The notes under the pieces: generated by a model
The model's database searches: none
Told to the model about the DNA's origin: nothing
Seen by the model: the letters and a program-made list of their open reading frames with translations, nothing else
Made by a program: the position numbers and the translations under genes
In this document: positions 46,510 to 57,067 of the stretch, piece by piece
Position numbering within the stretch: the first letter of the stretch is position 1
Layout: every line of letters starts with the position of its first letter
Assembly: GCA_050287085.1 (NCBI GenBank)
Contig: JBNKBE010000001.1
Location: 418,493-482,492, forward strand
Direction of reading: 5' to 3'
Length of the DNA stretch: 64,000 bases
Source: Polyangiaceae bacterium
Lineage (GTDB): Bacteria > Myxococcota_A > Polyangia > Polyangiales > Polyangiaceae

Positions 46510-49500
46510 GATACAATCTCCTTGAGGGCGGGACTAAGCTCACGCGGCGCGCTGCCGTCCATGAAGTCGAGCCTACGCATCTTGCGCACGATGACAAAGT
46601 CATCTCGGTTGGCACCTACCGTGCCGTAATAGTTGAACCCATAGGCTTGGTGCGCGTACCCGCCGATCATGTGCGTCGGCTTAACGACGATACGCGACAC
46701 AGAATTGTGAATTCCCCGAGTCCGCGTTGTCTCAGTCCCAGGCGAATTAACCGTCTTGTCCTGCGAGTGATACATGAACGCGCAGCCAGCTTTTATGCGC
46801 TGACTCACTACGGCTCGGGCCGAAACAGCACCGTTGTCGTTGAAGGCTTCAATCCAATCGTTGTCTTCTATTCCCAGGCGCACCGCATCTGCTTCGCTGA
46901 TCCAGATATTGGGGCCGCCACGCGAAAGCGTGAGCATCATCTGAGTGTCTGTGAACGAAGAGTGAATACCCCATTTCTGATGGGGGGTGAGAAAGTTCAA
47001 CACCAACTGGGCATTGCCATTGGCAGCAAGATGACGGGCCACGCTGAGAGACTTGGTGTCGATTGGAGGCTTGTACTGCGGAAACATCTCGCCGAACTCC
47101 CGCATCCAAGGATGATCCTGAAAGCACTGTTGCCGTCCGGTAAGTGTGCGCCACGGGACCAACTCGTTGACATTGATATACCCCGAGTTGTAGGTGACCT
47201 TCTCGCTTTCGACACCGCTCCAGGTCGGAGAAGTGATCACCTTTCGCGGCTGTGCAACGATATCAGCAAAGGTGATTCTGTCCGCTTCGCGCCCGCTAGC
47301 TAGATGGGTGTGACTACGCCCGGTTCGCCGTTCAAGTGCCTTCCAGCTCTTGACCGCCACCGAGCCGTTGGTTTCGGGCGAGAGGACCAGAATTGTTTCA
47401 CATGCATGCAGATCGGTATCGAGTCTTGGTCGCCCCGTAGTGGGGGTTCCGGCGGGAACAACGCCGTTGACCTCACCCAAGGTCTCGACCTCTCGCTTCG
47501 CGTCCCACGTCAGGCCTTTGGTGGCCGTACCAAACTCGTCCACGCCGGGACCCAATGAAGTGAAGCGATGATATGTATTCGGATAGTCACGTTCGACAAG
47601 ATGCACGAGAGGCATTGTCTTTCCGGGTACCGCCGGGCACTCCTTTCGCTTCCACTCCTGAACGGCCAGGGCCTGCCCCAGCTCGGAGGGCGCGTCGTGA
47701 GACAGAGGCTGCAGCACTACGTCATGCTCGATGCCCAAGTGTCCCGGAACCACGCGGGAGAACTCCTCCGCAAATCCGCGAAATATCTCCCAGTCGCTCT
47801 TGCACTCCCACAAGGGATCCACCGCGCCGGTCAGCGGATGGATAAACGGATGCATGTCGGTCGTGCTCAGGTCGTTCTTCTCGTACCAGGTGGCGGTGGG
47901 CAGAACGATGTCGGAATACAGGCAGTTGCTGGACATGCGAAAGTCGATGGTGACCAACAGGTCCAACTTGCCCTCCGGAGCATCGCTTCGGTAGGTCACC
48001 TCTTCTGGCAACGGAGCACCGCTGGCCTTGATGTCTTCGCCCACTACACCGTGTTTGGCGCCAATGAGGTGCTTGAGAAAGTACTCATGACCCTTGGAGC
48101 TCGAGCCCAGAAGATTCGAGCGCCACACCAGCAGATTGCGTGGGAAGTTTCGCGGGTTGTCAGGGTCCTCGCAGCTCATCCGAAGCTCCCCGCTCTCGAG
48201 CCCACGGGCCACTACTTCTCCGACGTTCGCGCCGCTCGCATGAATCTCCCGTCCGAGCTGCAGCGGGTTTTTCTCGAGTTGGGGTGCACTCGGAAGCCAT
48301 CCCATGCGTTCGGCGCGGACGTTGTAGTCTATGAGGTGAGGGCTTGCTCGATGGCCCGTGGGCAGCGGCGAGCGCAGCTCGTCGGCCGCCAGCTGTTCGT
48401 AGCGCCACTGGTCGGTGTGATTGTACCAGAACGAAGTTCCGTTCATCTGCCTAGGTGGACGCCCCCAGTCTAAGGCGAACGCGAGCGTTGTCCATCCCGG
48501 CTGGGGTCTGAGCTTTTCCTGTCCGACGTAGTGAGCCCAGCCCCCGCCCGACTTGCCGATTGTCCCACACAACACCAACATGTTGATCGCGGCGCGGTAG
48601 GTCATGTCGTTGTGGAACCACTGGTTCACCCCTGTGCCGATGATTATCATCGAGCGACCTTGGGTTTTGGCCGCGGTCTCTGCAAACTCGCGAGCCACCG
48701 CGATCACCTTGTCACGCGCCACTCCGGTGATGCGTTCCTGCCAGGCGGGCGTGTACGGGACGTCGTCGTCATAGGAAGCTGCAGCAACCCCTCCTAGCCC
48801 ACGATCCACGCCGTAGTGCGCGCACATGAGATCGAATACCGTGGCGACGTACGCCTCTCCGTCCTGCAGCTGCAGCCGCTTGGCTCGCACTCGCCGAACC
48901 TGGATCTCGTCGTGTTCGCTCGCAGCAAAGAACTCGTGATGGCGCCCCCCAAAATAGGGAAAGCAAACGTCGAGCACGTCGCCGTCCGCTTCGGGTAGCG
49001 TCAGGCGAAGCCTTCTTTCCACGCCGCTCGTCGCGTCTCGCGTCTCGAGATTCCAGAGTCCGTCTTCGCCCCAACGAAATCCGATACTGCCCCGCGGTAC
49101 CACCAATTCGGAGCTGACTTCATCAAGAGCCAGTGTCTTCCACTCCGGATTGTTGGCTTGCCCACCTGCCCCGGGCAAATCCGCCGCGCGCAAGAAGCGT
49201 TCAGCCACCCACCGACCATCGCGTTGCACCAGCTTCACGAGACACGGCAAGTCGCTGTACCGCCGCACGTAGTCGTCAAAGTAGGGCGTCGACTTGTCGA
49301 TGAAGAACTCACGCAATACCACGTGCCCCATCGCCATGGCCATGGCCGAGTCTGTCCCCTGCTTTGGGTCGAGCCAGAGGTCGGCGAACTTCGACGCTTC
49401 ACTGAAGTCTGGTGTGACAACAACCGTCTTGGTTCCCCGATAGCGGACCTCGGTTAGGTAGTGCGCATCCGGCGTTCGCGTCTGTGGAACGTTGGAGCCC

Positions 49501-50258
49501 CAGACCATGAGAAACGACGAATTGTACCAATCGGCGGATTCGGGGACATCCGTTTGCTCGCCCCAGGTCTGCGGCGATGCGGGGGGCAAATCGCAGTACC
49601 AATCGTAGAACGACAGCGCGGTGCCTCCGAGAAGCGAGAGATATCGCACGCCCGCTGAATACGAGACCATGCTCATCGCCGGGATGGGAGAGAAGCCCAC
49701 AATGCGGTCAGGTCCGAACTCCTTGGCCGTATACACGTTGGCGGCGGCGATGAGCTCATTCGCCTCGGGCCACGTCAGCCTCACAAAGCCGCCTTTGCCC
49801 CGTCGCGACTTGTATTGGCGCGAAAGCTCCGGATCCTCAACGAGCGAACGCCAAGCCTCGACGGGATCGGAGTGCTTCTGCTTGGCTGAGCGCCACAACT
49901 CCGCGAGACGTCCCCGAATCAGTGGATACTTGATGCGGTTTCCGCTGTACAAGTACCAAGAGGCGCTGGCCCCGCGCGCGCAGCCGCGCGGCTCATGATT
50001 GGGTAGATCAGCCCGCGTCGCCGGGTAGTCGAGAACTTGGGTCTCCCATGTAACGAAGCCACCTTTGACGTACACCTGCCAGCCACAGGAGCCCGTGCAG
50101 TTGACGCCATGCGTCGAGCGCACGACTTTGTCATGCTGCCAACGCTTTCGGTACCCGTCTTCCCAGCGGCGGTCTTCGGTTGTCACTGCGCCAAACCCAT
50201 CCGCAAATGGGGTCACGCCCTTGCGCAAGAAGCGCAGTTTTTCGAGGAGGTGGCTCAT
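46506..50258 (-). CDS. narG: respiratory nitrate reductase alpha subunit
   Basis: 1250 aa; STHGVNCTGSC, EPRGC, SFYDWYCDLPPASPQ, HYVGQEK, TPHQKWGIHS; no Tat signal. Confidence 0.98.
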   Translation of the reverse strand: MSHLLEKLRFLRKGVTPFADGFGAVTTEDRRWEDGYRKRWQHDKVVRSTHGVNCTGSCGWQVYVKGGFVTWETQVLDYPATRADLPNHEPRGCARGASASWYLYSGNRIKYPLIRGRLAELWRSAKQKHSDPVEAWRSLVEDPELSRQYKSRRGKGGFVRLTWPEANELIAAANVYTAKEFGPDRIVGFSPIPAMSMVSYSAGVRYLSLLGGTALSFYDWYCDLPPASPQTWGEQTDVPESADWYNSSFLMVWGSNVPQTRTPDAHYLTEVRYRGTKTVVVTPDFSEASKFADLWLDPKQGTDSAMAMAMGHVVLREFFIDKSTPYFDDYVRRYSDLPCLVKLVQRDGRWVAERFLRAADLPGAGGQANNPEWKTLALDEVSSELVVPRGSIGFRWGEDGLWNLETRDATSGVERRLRLTLPEADGDVLDVCFPYFGGRHHEFFAASEHDEIQVRRVRAKRLQLQDGEAYVATVFDLMCAHYGVDRGLGGVAAASYDDDVPYTPAWQERITGVARDKVIAVAREFAETAAKTQGRSMIIIGTGVNQWFHNDMTYRAAINMLVLCGTIGKSGGGWAHYVGQEKLRPQPGWTTLAFALDWGRPPRQMNGTSFWYNHTDQWRYEQLAADELRSPLPTGHRASPHLIDYNVRAERMGWLPSAPQLEKNPLQLGREIHASGANVGEVVARGLESGELRMSCEDPDNPRNFPRNLLVWRSNLLGSSSKGHEYFLKHLIGAKHGVVGEDIKASGAPLPEEVTYRSDAPEGKLDLLVTIDFRMSSNCLYSDIVLPTATWYEKNDLSTTDMHPFIHPLTGAVDPLWECKSDWEIFRGFAEEFSRVVPGHLGIEHDVVLQPLSHDAPSELGQALAVQEWKRKECPAVPGKTMPLVHLVERDYPNTYHRFTSLGPGVDEFGTATKGLTWDAKREVETLGEVNGVVPAGTPTTGRPRLDTDLHACETILVLSPETNGSVAVKSWKALERRTGRSHTHLASGREADRITFADIVAQPRKVITSPTWSGVESEKVTYNSGYINVNELVPWRTLTGRQQCFQDHPWMREFGEMFPQYKPPIDTKSLSVARHLAANGNAQLVLNFLTPHQKWGIHSSFTDTQMMLTLSRGGPNIWISEADAVRLGIEDNDWIEAFNDNGAVSARAVVSQRIKAGCAFMYHSQDKTVNSPGTETTRTRGIHNSVSRIVVKPTHMIGGYAHQAYGFNYYGTVGANRDDFVIVRKMRRLDFMDGSAPRELSPALKEIVS

Positions 50259-50347
50259 CTAACAATCCCTTCTGAACACGGAGGTAGCCACGACCGCTTT
50301 TTCCTGGAGGTTTCAGATCAGATGCAGAGCGATGACTCTGACAAAAC

Positions 50348-50390
50348 TTGCGTCTGGGTCACAAATGTTGCGCACGCTCAGGTCATGACC
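50348..50390. promoter_or_regulatory. candidate operators upstream of narG
   Basis: Imperfect palindrome TTGCGTCTGGGTCACAA (CRP-family TCACA half-site) and perfect GGTCATGACC (50381-50390). Confidence 0.4.
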
Positions 50391-50477
50391 AAGAAACATC
50401 TGAGACACACCCGGTAACCATCTCCGCCTCGCCGGTTTCTAGAAGGTTTCGCACCGCGGCCGCCAGGCTGTTGCGTC

Positions 50478-53057
50478 TCAAGGGTGCCCGACCGTCGCCG
50501 CTGTCCGCTTCTCAGCTCTCCACAACATGGCCGGCAGCCAGATCAGATTGATCAGGATCGAGATCCCAAGCGTGAGAGCGCACAGCTTCCCAATGGAGAA
50601 AAGGCCCGGGTTGCTAGAAGCCATCAATGCGCCAAAGCCAGCAATACTCGTCAGGGTCGACCCCAATACGGCGCGTGCCGCCGTGCCGAGGCGGTCGGCC
50701 ACCTCGTCCCCGGAAACGGGCTTTTCACCTGACGCCAGCAGCGGGTCCTTCCGGGCGCTGGCATCTCCCCGCATCGCCCATACGACATAGATGGCGCCGT
50801 CCACGCCAATGCCAAACGCGAGCGGGAAGACCAACATGTTGTAGAGATTGACCCTCACGTCAAACAGCACCATCGCGCCCATAGTAAGCGCCATCGTCAA
50901 GGCCAGGGGCATGAGCACCACCACTGCACGGCGCAATGACCGCCCGACGAGCAGTGTTCCGAACAGCACCCCCGCCAACGCGAGACCCAGGATCGTCGGT
51001 GCCTCAGCCCGGAGTCGTGGCGTGACCTCGCCCAGTTGCGCCACGGGCGATGCGAACCGAACCCCCGGGTAACGCTGCCGCCACTGCTCGAGGGTGTTGG
51101 AGAGCACCTCCATGGCGCGAGCATCCGACCCCGAAAGCTTGGAGTACAGAACGCCCAAAGTGCCGAAACGGCCATCTCGCTCGACCAACCAATCTCTTAC
51201 CCATGCAGGCAACTCGGCCAACTCTACGGGAGTCGTCACGTCAGTGAGCGGTAGGAACGCATCAATGCGTTCGAGCAAGTTCCCACTCGCTTTCGTTCTC
51301 GCCGCCAACAAGGTCTTGCGCAGTCCGGCGATGGCCGCCAAACGCGCGGTCTGATCTGGCGGAATGAACGCGCTTGGGATCACGACAAAGGGTGAAGTTG
51401 AGTCGACAACCTCCTCGGGCGGAGCGGCTCTGACTTCGCTGGCGAAGACATCGAGCGCGCTGCGCTCATCGGACAACAGGTAGACGGACGTTCGGGCCGT
51501 GCCGTGTAGCGTGCTCCCCCAGTGGATACCGTGACCCACCCCTGCAGGTCTGAGTTTTCGCAGATCATACTCAAAGCCCACGCCCGAACTGACCGCGCCA
51601 CTCCCGATCAACAGTCCTAGGCCTGCCAATGCGAGGAGCGAACGGGTAATAGTACGACGCCAACGACCGATCAGCGACCATCGCACGCCACCCCAAACAC
51701 GCAGCCCAAGCTTGCTGGAGAACTCTCCATCGAGCACCGCAACCAGCGGCGGAAAAAGCACGAAATAGGCCAGCAAGCTGCTAGCCACGCCAAAGGCAGC
51801 GATCGGCCCCATCTCAGAAAAGCCTCGGAATGATGCGGCGGCCAGTGCTCCAAACCCCGCGCTCGTAGTCCCAGCGGCAACCAGCATCGAAGGGGCCAGA
51901 TGGGTGAGGGTCTCAACCAGGGCGGAAGGGGTGTCGAGTTCCTTCCGGCACTGGGAATAGTGAGTCGTGAGATGAACCCCGAAATCAATGCCGACGCCCG
52001 CCAGCACCGCCAACGTAAAGACACTGATCACGTTCAGTCTCACGCCCGCCGCCCCAAGTGGGCCCAGCGCCCACAGGATGCCCAGGGCGGCCGGCACCAG
52101 CAGAACCACTATGCTGGCCCAACCGCGAAACTGACCCACGACGACCAGAAGAACCAGCACTAGACTGACCAAAGTGGTCATCTGCAGATCTCGACTCACC
52201 GAATCCTGAGTCATCGCCGCATTTCGATAGGGACCGCTGACCGCCATCTTCAGTGCTGGGTCGTCGTTCCCTGCACGTTCGACAGAAAACAGATGCTCAC
52301 TCCGCGCTAGAATGCTGCGAGCAAACACCAGGTCGTCGGGATCCCCCTCCAGCGCCACCTGCACGGTGCAGGTCCTAGTCTCTACATCGCAGAGTTCACC
52401 CAGCTCGGCCTCGTTGTCAGAGGCCTTTGAGGTTCCTGCAGCGGCCGCCGGTGGAGGAGGCGTCGTTGAGAACGCAGTGGTATCGTTGCCAAAGAGGCTC
52501 GCGAGAGCCTTGACGTTGGGCTCCTTTTCGAACAGCGCTTGCAGATCCGCGTCCGTAGGCAGGGGGGGCGCCTCATCGTCCAGATTTTCGCATCCGGGCA
52601 GTCTATTGCATTCTTCCCAACGGTGACGCTCCGCCAGGGTGTCATCCAACTGCAACAGATCGGGAGCCGACAGGTAGAGCAGTCGATGCTGCAAGAAGAA
52701 GGTCGGGTCTCGGCGAGACATCACCCACCGCGTCTCGGGCCACTCCGTGACTCGAGTGGCGAGGCGCCGCGCAATGTGACGACTGGTGTCGATATCGCTG
52801 CTCTGAACGAGTAGATACAAGGGGGACGCGCTCTGCAGTCGTTCTTTGAGCTCCCCCAAGGAACGCGCCGACGCAGTGTTCGCTGGCAACAGGGCTTGTA
52901 GGCGCGAATCCACGCCGACGCCCCGCGCAAGCAGCCCCATACCAAGGCTCAGCAGTCCGACAACGACGAGCACAACGAATCGCCGACGCACCGCAAACCG
53001 CACATAACACTCGAACCAGGATCGCAGGCGCGGGTTCGGCTCACTCTCTTTGGTCAT
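50478..53057 (-). CDS. MMPL/RND family transporter (HpnN-like)
   Basis: Two TM bundles with GVGIDFGVH and GIGVDGAIY, TTSAGF / TSIAGF, two extracytoplasmic loops. Confidence 0.9.
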   Translation of the reverse strand: MTKESEPNPRLRSWFECYVRFAVRRRFVVLVVVGLLSLGMGLLARGVGVDSRLQALLPANTASARSLGELKERLQSASPLYLLVQSSDIDTSRHIARRLATRVTEWPETRWVMSRRDPTFFLQHRLLYLSAPDLLQLDDTLAERHRWEECNRLPGCENLDDEAPPLPTDADLQALFEKEPNVKALASLFGNDTTAFSTTPPPPAAAAGTSKASDNEAELGELCDVETRTCTVQVALEGDPDDLVFARSILARSEHLFSVERAGNDDPALKMAVSGPYRNAAMTQDSVSRDLQMTTLVSLVLVLLVVVGQFRGWASIVVLLVPAALGILWALGPLGAAGVRLNVISVFTLAVLAGVGIDFGVHLTTHYSQCRKELDTPSALVETLTHLAPSMLVAAGTTSAGFGALAAASFRGFSEMGPIAAFGVASSLLAYFVLFPPLVAVLDGEFSSKLGLRVWGGVRWSLIGRWRRTITRSLLALAGLGLLIGSGAVSSGVGFEYDLRKLRPAGVGHGIHWGSTLHGTARTSVYLLSDERSALDVFASEVRAAPPEEVVDSTSPFVVIPSAFIPPDQTARLAAIAGLRKTLLAARTKASGNLLERIDAFLPLTDVTTPVELAELPAWVRDWLVERDGRFGTLGVLYSKLSGSDARAMEVLSNTLEQWRQRYPGVRFASPVAQLGEVTPRLRAEAPTILGLALAGVLFGTLLVGRSLRRAVVVLMPLALTMALTMGAMVLFDVRVNLYNMLVFPLAFGIGVDGAIYVVWAMRGDASARKDPLLASGEKPVSGDEVADRLGTAARAVLGSTLTSIAGFGALMASSNPGLFSIGKLCALTLGISILINLIWLPAMLWRAEKRTAATVGHP

Positions 53058-53773
53058 ATTGCTAGCGGGCCGTCCTGACAGTCGCAAACGACGGACCTTC
53101 GCCAGCACCATGCCAGAGTCGCCTCGTCAAGGAAAGCCCACGCCATCTCAGTCAAGCTTTGATCCGAGGTGCGGGGAGCGAGCCTGCTCGCTCCCCGCGG
53201 TTTGGGGTTCGGCCGGTGGGAGGGGGGTTCGGTCTTAGGGGGCCGGTTAGCGCGCTGCACCGTCAGAGCAGCTCCTCCAGGGCATCGCTCGTGGTTGCCC
53301 GCGAGTCAGCGAGGTGTGCTCCAGGGAGCAAGCCCCGCAATCACATGGCACGAACCAATACCGAGGGCTGACCGTAGGCAGCCACCAGTCTTCAATGCTC
53401 GCTCATCGATCGTCGTCGTGAGCCAGGTGCTCAGCTTCCACCAGCGCCCTCCTTGGTCCCCGTGGCTCCATCACTCGCGCCAAACTCGACTTGTTCGACA
53501 CCTTGCCCAGCATACAGGCAAGCCGCCGAGTGGCAGCCCGGACTTCCCCTGCTCGTGCCACCTCGCATCTCCTTGTCGTGGCTGGTAGGGACGTGCGCGC
53601 ACGAGGCCGATGAATCCGAAGTCACCCACCACGGGCCGGACCCCGAAACCGAGCAGCCAATCCACGAATGGTCAAGGCTGTGCGACATCCTGCCCCACGA
53701 AGAGACCGCCGCCCCATTTTCTGGTATCCGTTCTAGGCAAGGCCGCCAGGTTGTGTCAGACCCTGACGCGAAA

Positions 53774-55384
53774 ATGGTGAAGGCAGCGAGGCTCGCAAGG
53801 AAAAACAGCGGAGCCACAATAGCGACTCAACCCGCGCAAACTCCCGAGTTGAGTGGAAAGCGTCTCTCGCGCTTACTCGCGCTACTCACTGGAGTGCTCT
53901 ACTTCCTGGCCTTTCCGGGGATCGACGTGTGGCCACTGGCTTTCGTGGCGTGGCTCCCACTTCTGTGGGCGTTGGAGGGGAAGAGCGCGCGAGAAGGTTT
54001 GTTCCTCGGCTGGCTTTCCGGGTTCGGAATGACCTTCTTAGGCTTCTACTGGATTCTGCACATGCTCAAGAGCTTCAGCGGATTCAGCACGCCGATTTGC
54101 CTGTTGTTCATGGCGCTGCTCGCGGCCTATCAATCCGGAAGGATCGCCTCGATGGGTTGGCTTCACGTCCGCATGGTCGAACGGGGATGCCCCCGGGAAG
54201 CGGCGTTTCTGCTGAGCTTCGCCGTCAGCGAGTTCCTATTCCCGCTGCTCTTCCCCTGGTACTTCGGCGCTACGGTCTATCAAGTCCCCAGCTTGACGCA
54301 GGTCGCTGATCTCGGAAGTCCAATTGTTGTGGGTCTGGTGCTGAGCTGCGTTAACCTGGTCATCTTTGACCTGTTGCGGAGACGTAGGCAGCAGCTTCCG
54401 CTGGCTCTTCGACGCCAGTCCTACCTGCTTGCGCCTCTGGCACTCGCACTATTGTATGGCGGATACCGACTTCGGGAGGTGGACGCAGGTATCAAGCTGG
54501 CGCCACACCTTCGTGTTGGTGTGGTCCAGGCCAACATGGGTTTGGTTGAGAAGCGACGCGATCGCGAAGAGGGACTAAGACGCCACTTGGCATTGAGTGA
54601 GCAACTGATCGAACAAGGACCGCTGGATCTGCTCGTGTGGTCTGAAACCAGCGTCGCGGGTGGAGTCTACGAACAGGAGGCCGAAGCCGTCTACGAACGA
54701 CTGATTACGAAGCGCCTCAAGACTCCTACGCTCTTCGGCGCATTGCTGGTTCGAGACGTCAGCGATGCACGCCGCTACACGTTGTTCAACTCACTGTTGA
54801 TGTCGGACCGCTCGGGCAAGCTGGTTGGGCGCTACGACAAGCACAAGCTGCTTCCTTTCGGCGAGTACTTGCCACTCGGTGACTCATTTCCAAAGCTCTA
54901 CGATTGGTCGCCCAATACCGGTCGCTTTACGCCGGGTGATACTCTGGACGCGCTCAAGCTGGGCGACTACGAAGTCAGCGGTCAAGTCTGCTACGAGGAC
55001 GTGTTGCCCAGCTTCGTCAACAGCATGTTTCGGGAGTCTCCCGGTGACCTGATCGTGAACCTCACCAACGACGCCTGGTACGGCGACACCACGCAGCCTT
55101 GGATTCATCTCGCGCTTGCGCAGTTTCGTGCAATTGAGCACCGCAAGGCGCTGGTGCGGTCGACCAACAGCGGAGTCAGCGCCTTCGTAGACCCCGCGGG
55201 ACGCGTCACGGCGCACACCGAGACTTTCACTCAGGCCGCATTGGCCAGGGACGTGCCGATCTTGCGCGGCGGTCGTACCCCCTACGAGCTGTATGGCGAC
55301 TTGCCGTGGTGGGCGTGCACTTGCCTGGCGGCATACGGTGCCTTTCGACGCCGCTCCAAACTTGTCCCCACTTCACTTGCGTGA
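53774..55384 (+). CDS. lnt: apolipoprotein N-acyltransferase
   Basis: TM N-half, VVQANM, VWSETS, YDKHKLLPFGEYLP, VCYED, NLTNDAWYG, RAIE, RSTNSGVS; start uncertain. Confidence 0.95.
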   Translation: MVKAARLARKNSGATIATQPAQTPELSGKRLSRLLALLTGVLYFLAFPGIDVWPLAFVAWLPLLWALEGKSAREGLFLGWLSGFGMTFLGFYWILHMLKSFSGFSTPICLLFMALLAAYQSGRIASMGWLHVRMVERGCPREAAFLLSFAVSEFLFPLLFPWYFGATVYQVPSLTQVADLGSPIVVGLVLSCVNLVIFDLLRRRRQQLPLALRRQSYLLAPLALALLYGGYRLREVDAGIKLAPHLRVGVVQANMGLVEKRRDREEGLRRHLALSEQLIEQGPLDLLVWSETSVAGGVYEQEAEAVYERLITKRLKTPTLFGALLVRDVSDARRYTLFNSLLMSDRSGKLVGRYDKHKLLPFGEYLPLGDSFPKLYDWSPNTGRFTPGDTLDALKLGDYEVSGQVCYEDVLPSFVNSMFRESPGDLIVNLTNDAWYGDTTQPWIHLALAQFRAIEHRKALVRSTNSGVSAFVDPAGRVTAHTETFTQAALARDVPILRGGRTPYELYGDLPWWACTCLAAYGAFRRRSKLVPTSLA

Positions 55385-55548
55385 TGCCGACGTTCTGCTC
55401 ATAGGCCACATCCCCGTCCGGCCGCGGATGGGATAGTCATACAACGCCAGCCAAGGCTCTTGCGTTGGTGAGCGGGCTCGTCGCGGCGGCCTCGACCGGC
55501 TCGCGACTGACTCTCCCATCCGCGGACCCTAGGTCCAACAGATTCCGC

Positions 55549-56787
55549 TTAGCGATGGGTCTCGTAGCCGGCGATAAGCCGACGCCCCACCTCGGCCCAC
55601 GAAAAGTTCTCGCGAACCCAGTTCTGCGCACGCACCGCCATCGATATGGGGCGCTCGCGAAACGCCTCGCGTAGAGCCCGTGCCAATGCGTCCGGCGCGC
55701 CAGGCACCACCGAGCACAGCTCCAATCGCGCGAGCGGACCGAAATCGCAAGAAGGTGTCGTGATGGCAGGAGTTCCAGCGGACATGGCTTCGAGTAGGGC
55801 GCCGGACTGGGCCTCGTGATAGCTCGAGAGCACGAAGACACTCGCTTCGCCCAGCGCACCACGCTTGAGTGCGCCCGCTAGAGGGCCCGTCAGGAGCAGG
55901 CGCGGCTCTAGGCCGAGTGTGCGGGTCAGGGCGCGCAGCTCCTGTTCGTAGCCCGCGTCAGGCCCCGCGATCACGAGCCAGGGCGCCAAGGCTGAATCCA
56001 CCTGTGCGAATGCCTTCACCAAGAGGTCGAGCCCCTTGATGGGATGAACGCGGCCAAGAAAAAGGGCAAACGGAGCCCGACCCAGTTGCGAAAAACGAGC
56101 CCGGAACGCCACCCCATCCTCGGGTTCAACGTCTACGCTCGCGACCCCGTTGGGGATCACCTCTATTGGCCTCAACGAGAGCCTCTTCGCTGCGTTCGCC
56201 TCGGCCTCTGTCAGGCAATGGATGAAAGCTGCAGCTTGCACTACCCGCAGGTAACCCAGCCGCAGGCCGACATGTTTCTTCACCGCTTTTTGACGGAGAG
56301 CCCAGGGAAACAACACGCCATGGGGTGTGATGGCATAAGGCACGCCGCGTTGCCGCGCGACGCGGGCGGCGGCCGGCACAATCGGCTCCCACAAAGCGTG
56401 CAGATGTACCCAATCGGCCTTCGCTACGAGCTGCTCAAGCTCCCGAGGCGACGAATAACCCGAAACAGCGGCCCACGGAGGCGAGGGCGGAACAAACACC
56501 AAGCGCACCCTCCCCTCCCCCCCCAGCTCTCGCCACAACTCGCAAACAGTTCCCCGCAAAGCCTGCGGATCGGGACTGCATACAACCACGTCTAGCCCCG
56601 CTCGCGCTTGAGCTACGGCCAGGCTGAGGACCACCTGCGGCGGCCCCCCAGCCGCAGGATCGAGAGTACCAATGACGTGCACAACGCTGCGGCACTGCGC
56701 TTCGCTGCGGCACTGCGCTTCGCTGCGGCACTGCGCTTCGCTGCCGCTCCTCATGTCGCGTCGCGCCATCCCAATGCGCATGGGCAC
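55549..56787 (-). CDS. glycosyltransferase family 4
   Basis: GGPPQVV, VHLHALW, TPHG, IPNGV, FLGRVHPIKGLDLL, IAGPD, EX7E (EAQSGALLE); true start may be near 56754. Confidence 0.92.
   Translation of the reverse strand: MPMRIGMARRDMRSGSEAQCRSEAQCRSEAQCRSVVHVIGTLDPAAGGPPQVVLSLAVAQARAGLDVVVCSPDPQALRGTVCELWRELGGEGRVRLVFVPPSPPWAAVSGYSSPRELEQLVAKADWVHLHALWEPIVPAAARVARQRGVPYAITPHGVLFPWALRQKAVKKHVGLRLGYLRVVQAAAFIHCLTEAEANAAKRLSLRPIEVIPNGVASVDVEPEDGVAFRARFSQLGRAPFALFLGRVHPIKGLDLLVKAFAQVDSALAPWLVIAGPDAGYEQELRALTRTLGLEPRLLLTGPLAGALKRGALGEASVFVLSSYHEAQSGALLEAMSAGTPAITTPSCDFGPLARLELCSVVPGAPDALARALREAFRERPISMAVRAQNWVRENFSWAEVGRRLIAGYETHR
56685..56744. repeat. 18-bp tandem repeat x3.3 (CGCTGCGGCACTGCGCTT)
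   Basis: Three perfect copies plus 6 nt; reads SEAQCR in the GT4 frame. Confidence 0.95.
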
Positions 56788-56819
56788 GGCCTACACGTTC
56801 CGCGCAGGCGCCAGAGCCG

Positions 56820-56855
56820 GCTCGACAAGCATCGCCAGCTCGACAAGCACCGCCT
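56820..56855. repeat. 18-bp imperfect tandem duplication
   Basis: GCTCGACAAGCATCGCCA / GCTCGACAAGCACCGCCT. Confidence 0.75.
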
Positions 56856-57067
56856 CCCGAGCGCTCTCACACACCGGTACGGAGCGGGGCCATCACATCT
56901 TGTCACGAAACGAGACTCTCTGTGCGGCAGCCTACCACAGCCCTGTGACCCTTGAAAGGGCCACTCTAGCTGGGGAGGCGCCGAGGCCGAGAGACACTGC
57001 GAACTTCGCCCACGCGCTGTCTGCGAAGCACGTTGCCGTTCCCGCGCGCCAAGCTTTCTGATATCGA

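Noticed and set aside
46506..50258. Nitrite oxidoreductase or periplasmic Nar
   Set aside because: No Tat signal; narJ and narI present; sequence resembles cytoplasm-facing NarG.
53198..53246. G-rich tract as a functional G-quadruplex
   Set aside because: G-runs are common at this GC content; no supporting evidence.
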